Positions 63,088 to 64,000 of a stretch of DNA of 64,000 nt are shown here, piece after piece. Position 1 is the stretch's first letter; each line of letters starts with the position of its first letter. The translations under genes and the position numbers were made by a program. The notes beneath the pieces were generated by a model, which was not told the origin of the DNA, did no database searches, and saw nothing but the letters and a program-made list of their open reading frames with translations. Source of the DNA: Natronospirales bacterium (GTDB lineage: Bacteria > Pseudomonadota > Gammaproteobacteria > Natronospirales > JAIVGZ01); contig JAIVGZ010000004.1 in the NCBI GenBank assembly GCA_020201335.1, positions 1,764-65,763 of the forward strand, written 5' to 3'.

Positions 63088-64000
63088 TTGTTTGAACGAC
63101 CCCGCGGCGGAGAACGCTGCATTCTAGTCGCACTTGATGACCGTAGCGGCAACTACCCGGCGGACCGAGCCGAATTCGTTGACCTCGCGCGCTCGGCCGG
63201 TGCGGAAATCATCGAAGTCTTCGACGGACCTCTCTCCAGGATCCAGCCCCGGCTGTTCATAGGCACCGGCAAGGCCGCGATTCTGGAAGCGCGCGTGCGT
63301 GAGACGGGTGCGGAACTCGTGATATTCAACCACCCGTTAAGCCCGAGCCAGGAGCGCAACCTCGAGCGCTTACTGCAGGCCCGCGTGCTCGACCGTACCG
63401 GATTGATCCTCGACATCTTCGCGCGGCGCGCGCAGACCTTCGAAGGCAAATTGCAGGTAGAGCTCGCGCAGCTGACGCACCTCGCGACGCGGCTGGTCCG
63501 CGGCTGGACCCACCTTGAGCGCCAGAAGGGCGGTATCGGCCTGCGCGGTCCGGGTGAGACGCAGCTTGAGACAGACCGCCGGCTGCTCGGCGACCGCATC
63601 AAGAGCTTGAAGGTGCGCCTGGACAAGGTCGTGCGCCAGCGCGAGACGGGCCGCAATACGCGGCGCCGCGCGGAAGTCCCGACCGTTGCGTTGGTCGGCT
63701 ACACGAACGCCGGCAAGTCGACACTGTTCAACGCGCTGACGGGTTCCGAGGTACACGCCGCCGACCAATTGTTCGCGACGCTCGACCCGACCGTGCGCAA
63801 GCTCGACCTCGGCAGCGGCGAACGCGCGGTGGTCGCGGATACGGTCGGCTTCGTGCGTGACCTTCCGCATGATCTGGTCGCCGCGTTTCGCTCGACGCTG
63901 CAGGAAACCCGTGAGGCGGACCTGCTGGTGAAGGTCGTCGATGCGGCCGACCCACAGCGCGGCGAGCGGCTCGCGCAGGTGGACGCGGTGCTGCAGGAGG
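63088..64000 (+). CDS. hflX: Ribosome-splitting GTPase HflX, partial, runs off the window edge
   Basis: TTG start MFERPRGGE; EGKLQVELAQL, GPGETQLETDRR, GYTNAGKST, LFATLDPT and DTVGF motifs. Confidence 0.96.
   Translation, partial: MFERPRGGERCILVALDDRSGNYPADRAEFVDLARSAGAEIIEVFDGPLSRIQPRLFIGTGKAAILEARVRETGAELVIFNHPLSPSQERNLERLLQARVLDRTGLILDIFARRAQTFEGKLQVELAQLTHLATRLVRGWTHLERQKGGIGLRGPGETQLETDRRLLGDRIKSLKVRLDKVVRQRETGRNTRRRAEVPTVALVGYTNAGKSTLFNALTGSEVHAADQLFATLDPTVRKLDLGSGERAVVADTVGFVRDLPHDLVAAFRSTLQETREADLLVKVVDAADPQRGERLAQVDAVLQE

Overview
This is a GC-rich, gammaproteobacterial-type chromosomal window; the taxon is inferred from gene order only. It carries three core blocks: proS-ilvC-psd-like-pssA-udg-rimI-prfC; valS-holC-pepA-lptFG; and tRNA-Glu-pcnB-folK-panBC(D)-pgi-queG-nnr-tsaE-amiB-mutL-miaA-hfq-hflX. 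Accessory genes lie between them: a MoxR/DUF58/transglutaminase trio, two DUF885 lipoproteins, a sigma54 two-component module, SPFH/NfeD, secreted proteases and a KaiC-like pair. The strongest unexplained signal is about 21 copies of three related 25-26 bp GTRG-GAGCG palindromic REP-like families. Eight of these copies sit in frame inside conserved genes (slt, udg, valS, pepA, lptF, nnr, mutL, miaA) and become peptide. One supplies the pgi stop codon, and two have seeded in-frame 18-bp tandem repeats. Codons flanking these copies are visibly AT-shifted. About 11 genes have a TANNNT -10 box 6-7 nt before the start codon, which suggests leaderless mRNAs. Six apparent internal deletions or fusions (arsC/wrbA, rimI, adh, lptF, a membrane protein, mutL/miaA) are most likely assembly or gap-collapse artefacts. 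All product calls come from motif recognition by eye; no database search was run.
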